DNA of 64,000 bases from Rhynchobatus australiae (Eukaryota), in contig JAUZTB010000001.1 of the NCBI GenBank assembly GCA_034780895.1, positions 21,767,331 to 21,831,330 of the forward strand. Reading direction: 5' to 3'. The notes under the pieces were generated by a model. The model ran no database searches. It was not told the DNA's origin and worked only from the letters and a program-made list of their open reading frames with translations. Below, piece by piece: positions 1-12,068 of the stretch (positions within the stretch are counted from its first letter, which is position 1; each line of letters starts with the position of its first letter). Both the position numbers and the translations under genes were made by a program.

Positions 1-169
1 ATATGCTCAAAGTAAATATGTTAATATAATATGTGTACTATTTGTTCTGTATAAAGGAATATATTTGTGCAGATGTGTTTGACATGGAGATGATTATATA
101 GTATATGGACTTTACTTAAACAGGGACATTTATTTTGTATTGTCTATATAAAGAAATACATTGAGGTAG

Positions 170-375
170 TGCATGCTCTATTTAAGTCAGCATGTTTATA
201 CAATATGTGCTCTATTTAGGAGGACACGTTTACTCAGCATGCGCTATATTTTAATATGTCTGTGACTGCTTTATGTGCTCTATTGAATACAATGGTCTGT
301 ATATTACCTGCATTAAATTTAAATGTATGTTTTTATACAGTATATGCTCAGCTTAAATAAATGTATTTTTACAGT
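170..375. repeat. Degenerate minisatellite, ~34-bp period
   Basis: Motif like tatgtgctctattt...tttatacag recurs at about 170, 204, 238, 272, 305 and 341. Confidence 0.6.
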
Positions 376-631
376 ACTTGTACACAGATGAGATGAACAC
401 ATGCAAAGATGTATGATTTATTTTTTAAAAACTCACCTACACAGTTCCCATCTTCTATTTAAGTGGTTTAATTTATATTATTTTTGCTTATTGAATTGGA
501 CAGTAAATTTGATGGGCTTTTATGTTTGATCCATACACTTTCTTTTCTCATACTAAGTGGAAAAGGCAGTAAACTTGGCGATAGCAGAGTACTCCAGTTC
601 AGACCCAACAAAAATATGCTGTATATTGTGC

Positions 632-1696
632 ACAAGAACACAAGAGTACAAGACAATAGGAGCAGGAGAAGGCCACCAGGCCCCTCAAGCCTGCACCGCC
701 ATTCACTATGATCGTGGCTGATTTATGCTGGCCTCAACTCCTATTCTGTGCCAGTTCCACATAATTCCTTGATCCTTCAATTCCAGAGATTCACTGCCAT
801 CTGAGACAGGAAATTTCAACACACTTAAATGACCAACCTCTTATTTTGTAGCAATTCCCCTTGTTCATGACTCTCTCACTACTGAAAACATCTCAACATC
901 TACCCTGTCAAGCTCCTTGGCATCTTTTATGTTCCTCTCATTCTTCTAAACCCCAAGGAATACAAACCCAAACTGTATAATCTCTCTTCAACCTCAGGAA
1001 TTAGCTTGGTGTATCACCTTTCTATCTCCTTTGGAATGCCTCCATTGCTACTATATCCTTTTTCAGGTAAGGGGACAAAATCTGTGCACAGTATTCCAGG
1101 TGTGGCCTCACCAACAACCAGTACAACTGTAACAAAATCTCCTTATTCTTAAACCAACATGCTGTTTGCCTTCTTCACTATGCATTGGACCTGCCAGCTA
1201 ACTTCCTGTGATTCATGCACTCGAACATCAAGTTCCCTCTGAACTTCACTCATTTGCAGTCTCTCTCCATTTGGATAATATTCCACCTGTTGATTGCTTT
1301 TACTGAAGTGCATGAGCTCACACTTATCCATATTAAACTCCATTTGCTAGGTTTTTGCCCAGTCACTCAATCTTATCTATATCTCATCATGGAATCACAA
1401 TATTCTTATCACAACATGCACTTCCACTATTTTTGTATCATCAGCAAACTTAGAAACCTTACATTTTATTCCCTCCTCCAGGTCATTCATGTGAGTAGTA
1501 AACAGTTGAGGGCCAAGAACGGATCTCTGGGGTACCGCTCTAGTTATATCCCTCCAACTGATAAGGACCCATTTATTCCATCTCATTGTTTTCAATGTGA
1601 CAGCTAGTTTTCAACCCATGCTAACACATTTTTTCCAATACTTTGGGCTCTTACGTTATGCACCAACCTCTTATTTGGCATCTTGTCAAATGCCAA
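632..1696 (-). mobile_element. CR1-type LINE, 5'-truncated (RT remnant plus 3' tail)
   Basis: Minus-strand peptides AVPQRSVLGPQLF..NDL..SKFADDTKI and MEFNMDKCELMHF..KKANSML match CR1 RT motifs; 3' tail aggagcaggagaaggcc..cctgcaccgccattca at 659-720; frameshifted. Confidence 0.93.
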
Positions 1697-4600
1697 GGGG
1701 CTGTTCTCTGTGTTAAACTCCTGTTTTTCTTCCAATTACATCTAAGAGGACTTTTGTAATATATTATAAACTACTTTAACATATTGGGTGCAAAATAAAT
1801 GAAAGAGACATTGATTTAGTCATAGTACTGATGTTTTTGATAGCTCCTGCAAATGCTTGAATGATCACAATCTGTCCATTTTTCCCTGAGAAAGGAACAA
1901 AAGTTGGAAAAAATAGCAGGTGGAATAATCTGCACTTTATCTAGCATTAGGCAATAATAATTGGCTACCAGGAATTAATTGTCTAGAATAAGAGAGAGCT
2001 ACAAATGGTACTATAATAACTTTTGATAAATTGTAAGATTTTGCATGAGTTTTGCTTAGCTTGTGTAATCTAACTTCTGGAATGTGCTGTGTGACAGAGA
2101 TAATGTTTGAATTATGCTTTTTATAATGTAAGACACAAAAGCAAGCCCCACATAGGGAAAGAAAACAGCCTAACCTCCACGGGGTTAATTCAGCTATGCA
2201 TTTCTGCCTTGCCACTTGTCTTGTTCCAAAAACCATATTGCAAAAATGATTCTTTCAATAAAGTTAAGGGGAAAAATCCACAACTTTGTTTTTTCTAGGT
2301 TTAATTAAATCATATACATTTGTCAAACTGCTATCTTATTGCAAACTAAAATACATATGTGCATTGCCTATATGGTGTTCCATGACCTGTCACAAAGGTA
2401 GAAACTCTTACAGCTAAGTGACAAATTGCCAGAGTTTTATTTGGTCTGACATCGGATGTTTGTATTTTTTATTTGGCTGTGTCCTGGGACTGAAGATGCC
2501 TCTTTCTATGGCATGCCAAACCTGGTTAATATGCCACTTTTTATTCCCTAACTTTAATAAGGTACACCTAATGCTTGTTCTTCACAGTAAGCATGTAGCC
2601 GCTTTTTATATGCTTCCTTTATGCTTCATCGAACCTCTGCAGTGAGCAGGTTAGGCAATATTTCATAAGGTATTCTGGGATTTTGTGAACCTTTCAGGAA
2701 ACAAATTGTATTCGACAAGTTTAGTGTGAGTGAGCTGCCTGAGGAGCACTGAAGGGAAGAAAATAAATGCAGGAGATATCGGGAAACCTAGTTGGGTACT
2801 TATGTGTTTGCGTTATGTTTATATGTTGTAAGCATGTAAGCATGCATGTTCTGTATCTTGTGTTGTATTTGCATGTTGTATGCCTACATTCTGAGTGTTG
2901 GTACCCCATAACTTTATTATTATTTATCGTTCTGTTAGTAAACAACTTAATTGACCCTTTCCATTTTTCCTACCAATACCACAGTTACATAATCTTCTGG
3001 GACTTTTCCTGCGCACATTTAAACCATCAATCTGGTTNNNNNNNNNNNNNNNNNNNNNNNNNNNNNNNNNNNNNNNNNNNNNNNNNNNNNNNNNNNNNNN
3101 NNNNNNNNNNNNNNNNNNNNNNNNNNNNNNNNNNNNNTTCCTGCGCACATTTAAACCATCAATCTGGTTTCAAGTATCCCAGGAGCACATCTGACCTAAC
3201 GTAAGGGGGGTCTGTCTCTTGGGGGTTGATGTAAATGCCTGCATTCATACAAGGTTGTGATTCTCAATTTGCTTTCCACAACTGTTACCTGGAATTTTAT
3301 TGTTTGCGTTCTACAAACCCACGGAAGGGTATGTGACTCACAAGAATAATGTCGATTTAATTCTTATTCACAAAAGATTCTCTCCTCAGCCCCTAGAGAA
3401 GAAGGTATTGCCAGCTATCAGTTATATTGTTGAAAATGAAGAAACACACAGATAATAGATGGAAGGTTTTATAAAACTTGCAATTAAGTCATTTATTGCA
3501 GCTGGTATTGTTCCTCCCCCCTTCTTTGATAGTGTTTGGATTCCTGAAGATGACAGCAACCTATCACCTCACCCAGGTCTCTTTTCCACGTAAGGATTCA
3601 GATATTAAGTGTTGACAGCGGATTCACAGCATGGCATTACCTGACATTTCTACACCAGGCTTGGATGAATTATTTTAAATAGAGTTGATATAAGCAAATT
3701 TTTATCTATGTAAATGGAAGAAAAGACAAAGGATAAATCAATTAATTAAAAAAAAATCTCAAGTAACAAGCAAAATTATATTAAATGGGTGCTTTTGTAC
3801 ATTCCAGTTCTTGGTTAAACTTACCCAAACAGGCAGTAGTACCTGCTAATTGAAGAAAGAAGATTATTTATCTTCAGAGTGTTTAATGGGCTATTTTCAT
3901 AGTCCATTATTTTTGGTCTTGGATTGAATAATTTGGTAATCTGTCTTCTGATTCTCTCTGAGGGGGAGGGGAAGGGGAGGCATCGCTCTCAGCTCTAGAG
4001 CTGTCAGTTGAAAAACAATCCCTAATTTTAGCAAACACACTGTTTGCTTATATCCACATAATGTAACTTGCACGCCTAGGATATGCAGCAAATGGGAAAG
4101 CATGCATGGATTTCACAGGTAACAGGATTACGTGAGCATATAATTGATCCATGTGGGAAAAAAAAGACAGAGCTCCAAATGTGTCTATGCCTTGAAAATG
4201 AAGTTTATGAAATGGACAATCATATATTTGAAGCAATCAATATGTCAATTCCAACAGGTCACAGTGCCAGCTATTTTGTAAAGAGTGTGTACACACTTGC
4301 AATCTTTTTCTCTGCCTGAGCCCAGTTCACAGATGGGATCCCATGGTATTGATAGGAATAAAATCACAAAACATTTGGAAGACTTGGCGAAAGGGTACGT
4401 TTGGGGTTGGAGGTAAGGAGGAGTGGGAGTAACACTGATGGTGGTTAATCTCTCTAGCATATCTTTGGCCAATTTACACTTGTTGGTAACTAATCAAACA
4501 TATGTTCAGGAAGTATTAGTAACCACTGAGATCAATGGCTATTTCTAACATTTTATTATTTCTATGGCGTGAGTGTGTGGTGTTGTGGGGGTTTGTGAAA

Positions 4601-6075
4601 GGCAAACAGAAATCCTGCCATCTCGGTTACTCACCCAACAGGACAAATAATGTATGTTCAAATGCAACAAGTATTAGTTCAGCCATGAACGCTCCAGATT
4701 AGGGTGCAAAACTAACTGGACTTTGAGTACCAAAAGTATCAAACCACCCATTTGAAGCAATCAAGTACAGAATGTGCATTAGAGTTAGCACTGCAATCAC
4801 ATACAAAACTGTCAAAGTTTAAAAGTCCCTAGAGCTCCTTTTTGCTTTCTCATCTGGCTATGCATGTCAATGAAAGGAAAGGGTCCATTGCTCTGTATTC
4901 TTAAGAGCTCTGGAAGCTTGTCCATAATGATGAAAAGAGGCTTAAATCTGTAGTGTATAGGTCGGTGAAAAGGAACAAGATTTAACGGAATTTAATATTG
5001 CATCCTATTTCACCATAAACAATAAAACAAAAATTAACATTAACTACACAATATTGCCAAAGAGAGAGCCAGCTGTTAATTAAGCACCCCACACACTGCT
5101 TTTTACACTGTTATCCCTGCTACTCTTTTTCGTCTGCATGCTATGCATAATATAAGTACTGGGCTGCAAAACAGCTTACTTCTGGGGCAAAACTATACAT
5201 TAACCATCTAGTGAAGAAACTGCTTTGCAGAGCGTCACAATATTATGACCTACTGCTGCGCTATGATGTGTAAAATCTGTTTCAATTTCTGCTGTTCTGA
5301 CAATTTCACTTAATAAACCTCAAAAATGGTGAAGCCTTTTACTTGTTCAAATAAACTTTAATATTCTGAAAAAAAATAATTCCCATTCCATTCAGAAGCA
5401 TAGTGTTCTGGTAACTGATATATCATGACTTTCTAAAGGACCCATGCTGTGCAGATTTTCTGTCTTGCAAGCTCGACTTTTCTACATGCACATGCAGGCC
5501 AATTTGTAGAGATCAAAAATGGTTAGAGGCATATGAATTGCTATTCTTTTCAGAGCGTTATTCTTTTTGAAATATGTTAGGATGCAATATAACTTTTTGA
5601 ATCTCTACAGAATCTCTGCTTTTGCTTCTGTCACCATTTTGTGCCTCTGCTAATTAGCCAGTGCTTACCAATTTTGTGCTGCAGCTCCTGTCTGAAAATT
5701 AACATATTTTTATTGACAGCATTCTTTAAAGTATATCATTTTAATTAAAGAGTTGTACATTTCCTGATATTCCTTGCTCTGTCCTTATGGTTGATTCACA
5801 GTCAACAAATTGGAACTTCAGAAACCACATGTATTTATTTTACCAGTTTTCAAAGGTGACTGGAAACACTTATAAGCTGACCTCCAATTGAACGGAGAGC
5901 ATTGAAGAAAGCTTCCTTTTCTTGGTTAAACAGTCTAACCCGTTTCCTGAAGCATTCAGGAACAAATTGTACCTGTGCCACTTTACAAAATCTATTTAAA
6001 TTACAGGTCCAAGAATAAAAATTGGTCTCATCATTACATCATAAATGGGTGTTAAGGTTTCTGCAATGGACAATC

Positions 6076-6136
6076 TCTAAGCTATAGTGTTTCTAAACTA
6101 TAGCATCTAAACTAACGATTTCTAAACTATAGCATT
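6076..6136. repeat. Short tandem repeat, ~15-bp unit, 4 copies
   Basis: tctaa(g/a)cta(tagc) repeated four times. Confidence 0.7.
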
Positions 6137-8650
6137 TGATTTTTCAAGAGCTTTAAATGAAAGAAATCTTCACAAGTACATTGCAATGTCACTACATCCG
6201 AAGGAACCATATCCACAAATGCCTCCACCACACGTGTCATTGTGCAAGTCAGACATAATATTTTACTCAGGAGCTACAGGTTCTCATAAAAAAGTGAGCA
6301 AATGCAATACAAAAACTGCTATTTAAATCACAGCTAGCAAACTGGAGGGGTGTCACCTTACCAAACTTAAAGAAAAGATCAAGGAATAGGTAGGGCAGAG
6401 TTAATATCTATTGGGAACAGAAGTAAAAGAAAATTAAAAATGCATGTCATTTGGCTGTCACGTGCTGATCTCTCTTTTCCCTTTTTTCTCTCTCTCTCTT
6501 CACAGTGACATCTGCTATCAGGCTAAGCAGGTGTTCCTGTGTAAACGAACGTGGCCTGTTTGTGTTTCACTGTACTTGCTACTGCACAGTCAAATGAGCA
6601 GTGTGATTAAGAATCCTGTAAATTTTTGAAAAGGGACGGATGGCTGCCCTACTAGAACCTAATTACAAAGCTCGAACATCCGCGGCTCGGTGCTATCACT
6701 GCAGTGGCGAACAGCAGAAATTAATAATATATAATGGCATCATTCTTGCAATTTATAAATGAAGTAGAGTGGGGGAGGATTCTGCTGATGTGCCGTTTCG
6801 TGTTAATTTTGCAAGATTGAATAGAAATTGGAATTTTAGTGAGGTGAAACCTCGCTGACATGCTCCTGCAAGTTGTGAACATGGGATTAACACTGCATCC
6901 TAAATGTAATGTCCCTATAATTTGATCCATGGTGTTTTAATCTACCAAGTTCAAAGCATCCAGGGTGTTGTGGTTATACCTGCTGTTGAAGTCCACAATG
7001 GGACGGCTAAATAGGTGTGTCTCCTCTTAAGGAAGCGTCCTTGCAATAGGCTTCTGTGATTATCATTGCTAACAATTATGTTAAACGAGTTCAACATAGT
7101 TGAGTTGAGCTGGCTATGAGGAATATGGTTTCTCTAAGCCTCCATAAGACACGCCTGCCTTCCTCAAGGTACAAATAACCAGGGCAGATAGTCCAGCTCT
7201 ATTGAATCAGGGGGGTAAAAGCAACACCAAAGGTTCTGCTATCATTGATAAGAATTGGGAACCTAGTCATTTCTAATTTTTATTTCCTTTCATAGTTTTA
7301 AATATACTTATATCACATGAATAACTCTAAAACACAGGAAAGATGAATTATGATTATTCATTTCATAAGTACTGCAGTGGTATGTGTCCTTTGAATGAAT
7401 AAATCTCTGCAATTTTACTCATTAACAAAAGCAAAGACTGTTTAAAATGCTTTGAAGATCTGAGCCATCCAGATGTTGTGAACTGTACAAACGTAGGAGA
7501 TGATCTCAAACTGCTGATTATGTAACTGCCGTGCACCTCACCCAGGGCTGTCTTATTATAAATGAGGATGTTGTTCAATTACAGTTTTTTTTTAACTTCA
7601 AATTGCAGTCCTACAAAGTCACCAAACATCAAAACCCATAGCCTATCATAGTCCTTTTACATGGCAATGCCACTTGTTTTTGCTGTGACTTATTCCAGTT
7701 GTATCCTGTAACTGGGAAAGGGGGAGATACACACTCACCTCAAACTGTCCTATTCATGTCAGTTTATTGCATAGTCTGTACAACTCTTTCACAATACTTG
7801 GTAACATGGCTTGGCAAGAAATTGAAACAAATAATCAGGCCAATTCTTTGAGGTAATTTTGTATACTAAATATGATTGTTGTCAGCAAAATGAATGTTCA
7901 GGCAGAAGGATTAAGAATCACAGATCAAGGGCAAATTCATAAGACTTGTGACCAGCATAAATTCTTGATAAAATAGCATACTTACGAACATGTGACTTAG
8001 AAATGTACACCCACTAGTGGTGAGTATCATGACCTTTGTTAGTGCCACATATTAGAGGATGCTTGCTCATGCTGCAGTGTACACATATGTTGTGGTAAAA
8101 CTCTTCTTGTCTTTTTCTGAAACTTGGTTCATGTGAATTCATGATTAATTTCCTTTAGAAGTTTGGAGTGAGATAAATGCATAATCCAGTTGGAGATCGC
8201 AGCAGATGTTGAGCCTGTATCCTGTCACACCATGTCTGTGTTTTGTAATACAACATCATGCTCATTGTTGCCTTTCTCCCTCCACACCCAACCCTTGACC
8301 CTTGACCTGCCATCTTGAATTTAATTGCACCATTAGAGTTGAAAATGAAAGATCATTCAAACTGAAATGAAAGCATGAAATAAATCTTAAAAATGGTCAC
8401 ATTAGGTATCAATTTGCTACACATTCAGATAAGAGTGAGTAAACTTTGTGGTTTGAATAGTAACTTCACTGTTAAAAGCAGCCTCCTTTGCCACTTTGGT
8501 GAAATATTCACTACCTGGGCTATTGACTTGAGAGGTACAAATTGATGCCACCAACCATGGGCGTGAAGCATTAAGGGATCATAAGTTTTAGCTTAGTTTT
8601 GAATGATGTCTGTTTATAGTCTCATTTATATTGCTAACAAAAGAAGTAAG

Positions 8651-8925
8651 ATATTACATTTATCTCACACTTTCCATAACCCTGGGATAGCCCCAATTTC
8701 TTCATTACCAAAGAAATAGCTATTCCAGTGCATAGAAATGCAACAGCCAATTTGTGCACAGCAAGACACTACAGATAGCATTGGGTAAGTGATCAAATAA
8801 TCTAGTTTTAAACAATATTGGTGAGAGCCAAGGCAATTGGATAACTTGCCTGCACAAATTTTAAGAGCTTGGTTTCTCACTTCCAAATGAGAGGGCACAT
8901 TTATTGTCTGACCTGAAAGGCTCAT
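8651..8925 (-). mobile_element. Deu-domain SINE fragment (SacSINE1-like)
   Basis: gcaacagccaatttgtgcacagcaagac..gatcaaataatctagtttt is the reverse complement of the core seen at 9690, 19398 and 38544. Confidence 0.7.
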
Positions 8926-8959
8926 CATGTGTGGATTTGCATGGAATTGATAGACCAAT

Positions 8960-9170
8960 GAGTCAATCAACTGTCCAGACGACAGAACCAAGTTTGATTC
9001 CTAATCTGTATTGGTTAGTTGATCTCAGCCGTGTGACAACAGTGGGTACTGCAGCTCATCATTTCTGTAGAATTTACCAATGGGAAATATAGTGCAGGGA
9101 TCCAGTTATCTGGATAGTTTTTGACTAATCCCTGTTGAAATTGTGCCCCTGTGAACGCAGCGAGGGTGGA
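8960..9170 (+). mobile_element. Ancient tRNA-derived SINE fragment (AmnSINE2-like)
   Basis: gtttgattcctaatctgtattggttagttgatctcagccg resembles the head of the element at 25612; family name from memory. Confidence 0.5.
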
Positions 9171-9689
9171 GATGATAGGGGGGATTGGGGTGAAAGGGAT
9201 GGGAGCTTAATGCCTGGATTAATGATGATAACCATATTCCTTCAGTAGAAGAGGGGACTGCTGAGTAAAGATGAGAACATCTGTTAATTTCCCCCTCCAC
9301 AAAAGAGAGATGCTAACAATACAATAGGAAAGAATTGTGAAAATTATGATGGTCCATATGTCATCATTTAAGGCTGTGTACTTTTTCAATTATAGAAACA
9401 GTATAATTGAATTTAAAGGGGCAAGGTCAGTATTTTAACTTGTACAGCGGCATTGTTTGTCCTGTTTATGTTTGATGGAAGACATTGTGGTGCCTTTCAC
9501 TGAACTTCTTATTTAGTGTAGTGTTACAAACTTATATTTAGTTTACTAAAATACTTGTTAGGCATTCCAACAAAGGTGGTACACCATTGTCACTGTGTGG
9601 CAGCCCAAAAGTCACACCCTTGTCAGGAGCCTTCACATCTTATATCAGACATTTGTAATTCAGTTCCCACTATTCTAGGGTCTCATGTG

Positions 9690-10000
9690 ATACCGAGGGA
9701 CTGCTACGTTGCTGAAGGTGCTACCTTTCAGTTGTTAAACCAAAGTTCTGTCCACTCTTTTGAGTGGAAATAAAAGATCTCATGATGTTGTGTCAAAATA
9801 AGAATGGAGAATATCTCCCCAGTGTTTTCAACTACATCATTAACTGACATCATTACGACAAATGATCACATTGCTTTCCATGGGAAATTGCTGTGTGCAA
9901 ATTGGCTGACGCATTTCCTATATTATGACAGTATAGAAGTATTTCATGGGCTTTGGGATATCCAGAAAATGGGGAAGATGCTACAGAAATGTATGCCATT
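9690..10000 (+). mobile_element. Deu-domain SINE (SacSINE1-like)
   Basis: gagggactgct..gaaggtgctacctttcag..gttaaacc..cacattgctttccatgggaaattgctgtgtgcaaattggctg. Confidence 0.8.
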
Positions 10001-11022
10001 TACTCTTTACTATTATAATCGGCAAAGTGGTCTGCTCTTGGTATTGTGCCTATCCGAAGCATCCCTCGAGTGTGGTGTTGCTGTCTCTTTTTTTTAAATG
10101 TAGCTTTGTAAAGGATGTGTCTTTTTCTGATGATAACAGTGTAAAAATAACATGGATGTGACAAACGATTTTTACAGATATTTGCAAAGAAAGTTACAGT
10201 TCATATGCCTGCAGGGCTGAGCAGATAGTATTTCCTGGAGTTGGTGGGGGTTGGAGACACATGTCAGAATGTCCATGAATAGATTGAGTTGTTCCAGCTT
10301 AGAAAACATTGTCACAATAGCCAGCCATGTATGGTTTGAGTAATCTTCCTTGCAGCATTTCAACACACTCTTGAAAATGGGCATTGCCCACTCTGCTACA
10401 GATATGACTTCCAATACTGAGGGCACATACTGCCGTACCATGGTCAAAGCCCGCACCATGAAGGACACTGACATCTCCACTGTGGGTGTCATCTCTGTTT
10501 CTCAGCTGATCAGTGTGAACCACTATGCAGAGTAGATCTTGCCTGAGGAACCCAAGTGAAATGTTGGAGAGAGAAGTACTTTTAGATGAGATTTACATAG
10601 ACTTTCAGAATTTTATGTTGGCCTCCAAAAGTAACTGTCAACTCGAGTTGAAGCTCCTGGAAATCTTTGATGTGATTTGAAAATGATCTGACTGCCAGGA
10701 AATGGAGAGTGNNNNNNNNNNNNNNNNNNNNNNNNNNNNNNNNNNNNNNNNNNNNNNNNNNNNNNNNNNNNNNNNNNNNNNNNNNNNNNNNNNNNNNNNN
10801 NNNNNNNNNNNNNNNNNNNNNNNNNNNNNNNNNNNNNNNNNNNNNNNNNNNNNNNNNNNNNNNNNNNNNNNNNNNNNNNNNNNNNNNNNNNNNNNNNNNN
10901 NNNNNNNNNNNNNNNNNNNNNNNNNNNNNNNNNNNNNNNNNNNNNNNNNNNNNNNNNNNNNNNNNNNNNNNNNNNNNNNNNNNNNNNNNNNNNNNNNNNN
11001 NNNNNNNNNNNNNNNNNNNNNN

Positions 11023-11182
11023 AAGTTTGGAAGGTTATGGGGCAAATGCTGGCAAATAGGTCTAGTTTGGATGGGCATATTGGTCGGCATGGACCAGCTG
11101 GAATGAAGGACCTGTTTCTGTGCTGTAGGGCTTGATGACTCTAAACTCAATAGGTGAAGTGGCCTACTCCTGTTCCTATTCT
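11023..11182 (+). mobile_element. CR1 3'-end fragments, continuing out of the N gap
   Basis: ggttatggggcaaatgctggcaaat..ggtcggcatggacc..gaaggacctgtttctgtgctgta, then a second tail tggcctactcctgttcctatt. Confidence 0.75.
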
Positions 11183-11576
11183 TTCTTCATTCCAACATGG
11201 GTGCTGCCTGCTCCATGAGGGGGACTATTTACACCAAGAAAGACAAGGCCTACTTCAAGCAAAGCAGGGTTTGGATTAGGTTGGGTACTATCTGCTCTAC
11301 CATAGGCGCTGTCTATCCATCAATGATATTGGCTACTTTATCATAAACATCACCTGCTATAATTCTACTGTTCATACATCTTCTGAATAATGGAAAGAGC
11401 TTTTTAGTGAGAAAGGAGTAGATCAATGCTAAATAAGTGTTCCACCCACCAGATATTACTATCCAACACTCAGAGTAGTGGTCAGCATTGCCGATTATCA
11501 TAAATGGCATCCAATACTATTTAATATTAAACCTTGAGAATCATCAAATTTGAAATAATGTCAATCCAAACAAAAT

Positions 11577-11847
11577 AAGATTTCTTTATTAGTCACATGT
11601 ACATTGAAATGCTCAGTGAAATGCATCTTTGTGTGGAATGTTCTGGGGGCAGCCCACAAGTGTCGCCACGCTTCCGGCGCCAACATAGCATGGCCCACAA
11701 CTTCCTAACCCGTACACCTTTGGAATGTGGGAGGGAACCGGAGCACCCGGAGGAAACCCACGCAGTCATGAGGAGAACGTGGCCGGAACTGAACCCCGGT
11801 TGCTGGCGCTGTGATAGTGTTACGCTAACTGCTACACTGCCGTGCCC
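11577..11847 (-). mobile_element. V-domain tRNA-derived SINE with a non-CR1 tail
   Basis: Minus strand reads: head with B-box-like ggttcagttcc, V-domain tgcgtgggtttcctccgggtgctccggtt, tail ending gtacatgtgactaataaag; CpG-rich, so relatively young. Confidence 0.88.
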
Positions 11848-11929
11848 AAGTGAAATTTAGTGCAATCTCCAACAAATTCCAATGCTTGATACTCGATAGG
11901 CTGCAACCAAATCAGAATAACTCAGAATT

Positions 11930-12068
11930 AAACACAAACGTTGCTGGGAACACTCAGCATATCAGGCAACACCTGTGGAAAGAGAAGCATAATTAGCTTT
12001 TCCAGTCAAAGACCCTAGTGTTTCCAGCATTTTCAGTTTTTATTTCAGATCTCCAGCATCTGCAGTTA
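11930..12068. mobile_element. Penelope-type terminal-repeat fragment
   Basis: tgctgggaacactcagcatatcaggcaacacctgtgg..atttcagatctccagcatctgcag; same family as 27497, 31062, 40661, 41011 and 41642. Confidence 0.7.

Noticed and set aside
7073-7102. 30-bp imperfect palindrome, with similar short ones at 36823-36858 and 52772-52791
   Set aside because: Short, AT-rich, too small for pre-miRNA and plausible by chance
11780-11847. tRNA genes at A/B-box-like motifs (also near 58825)
   Set aside because: These are tRNA-derived SINE heads continuous with V-domains
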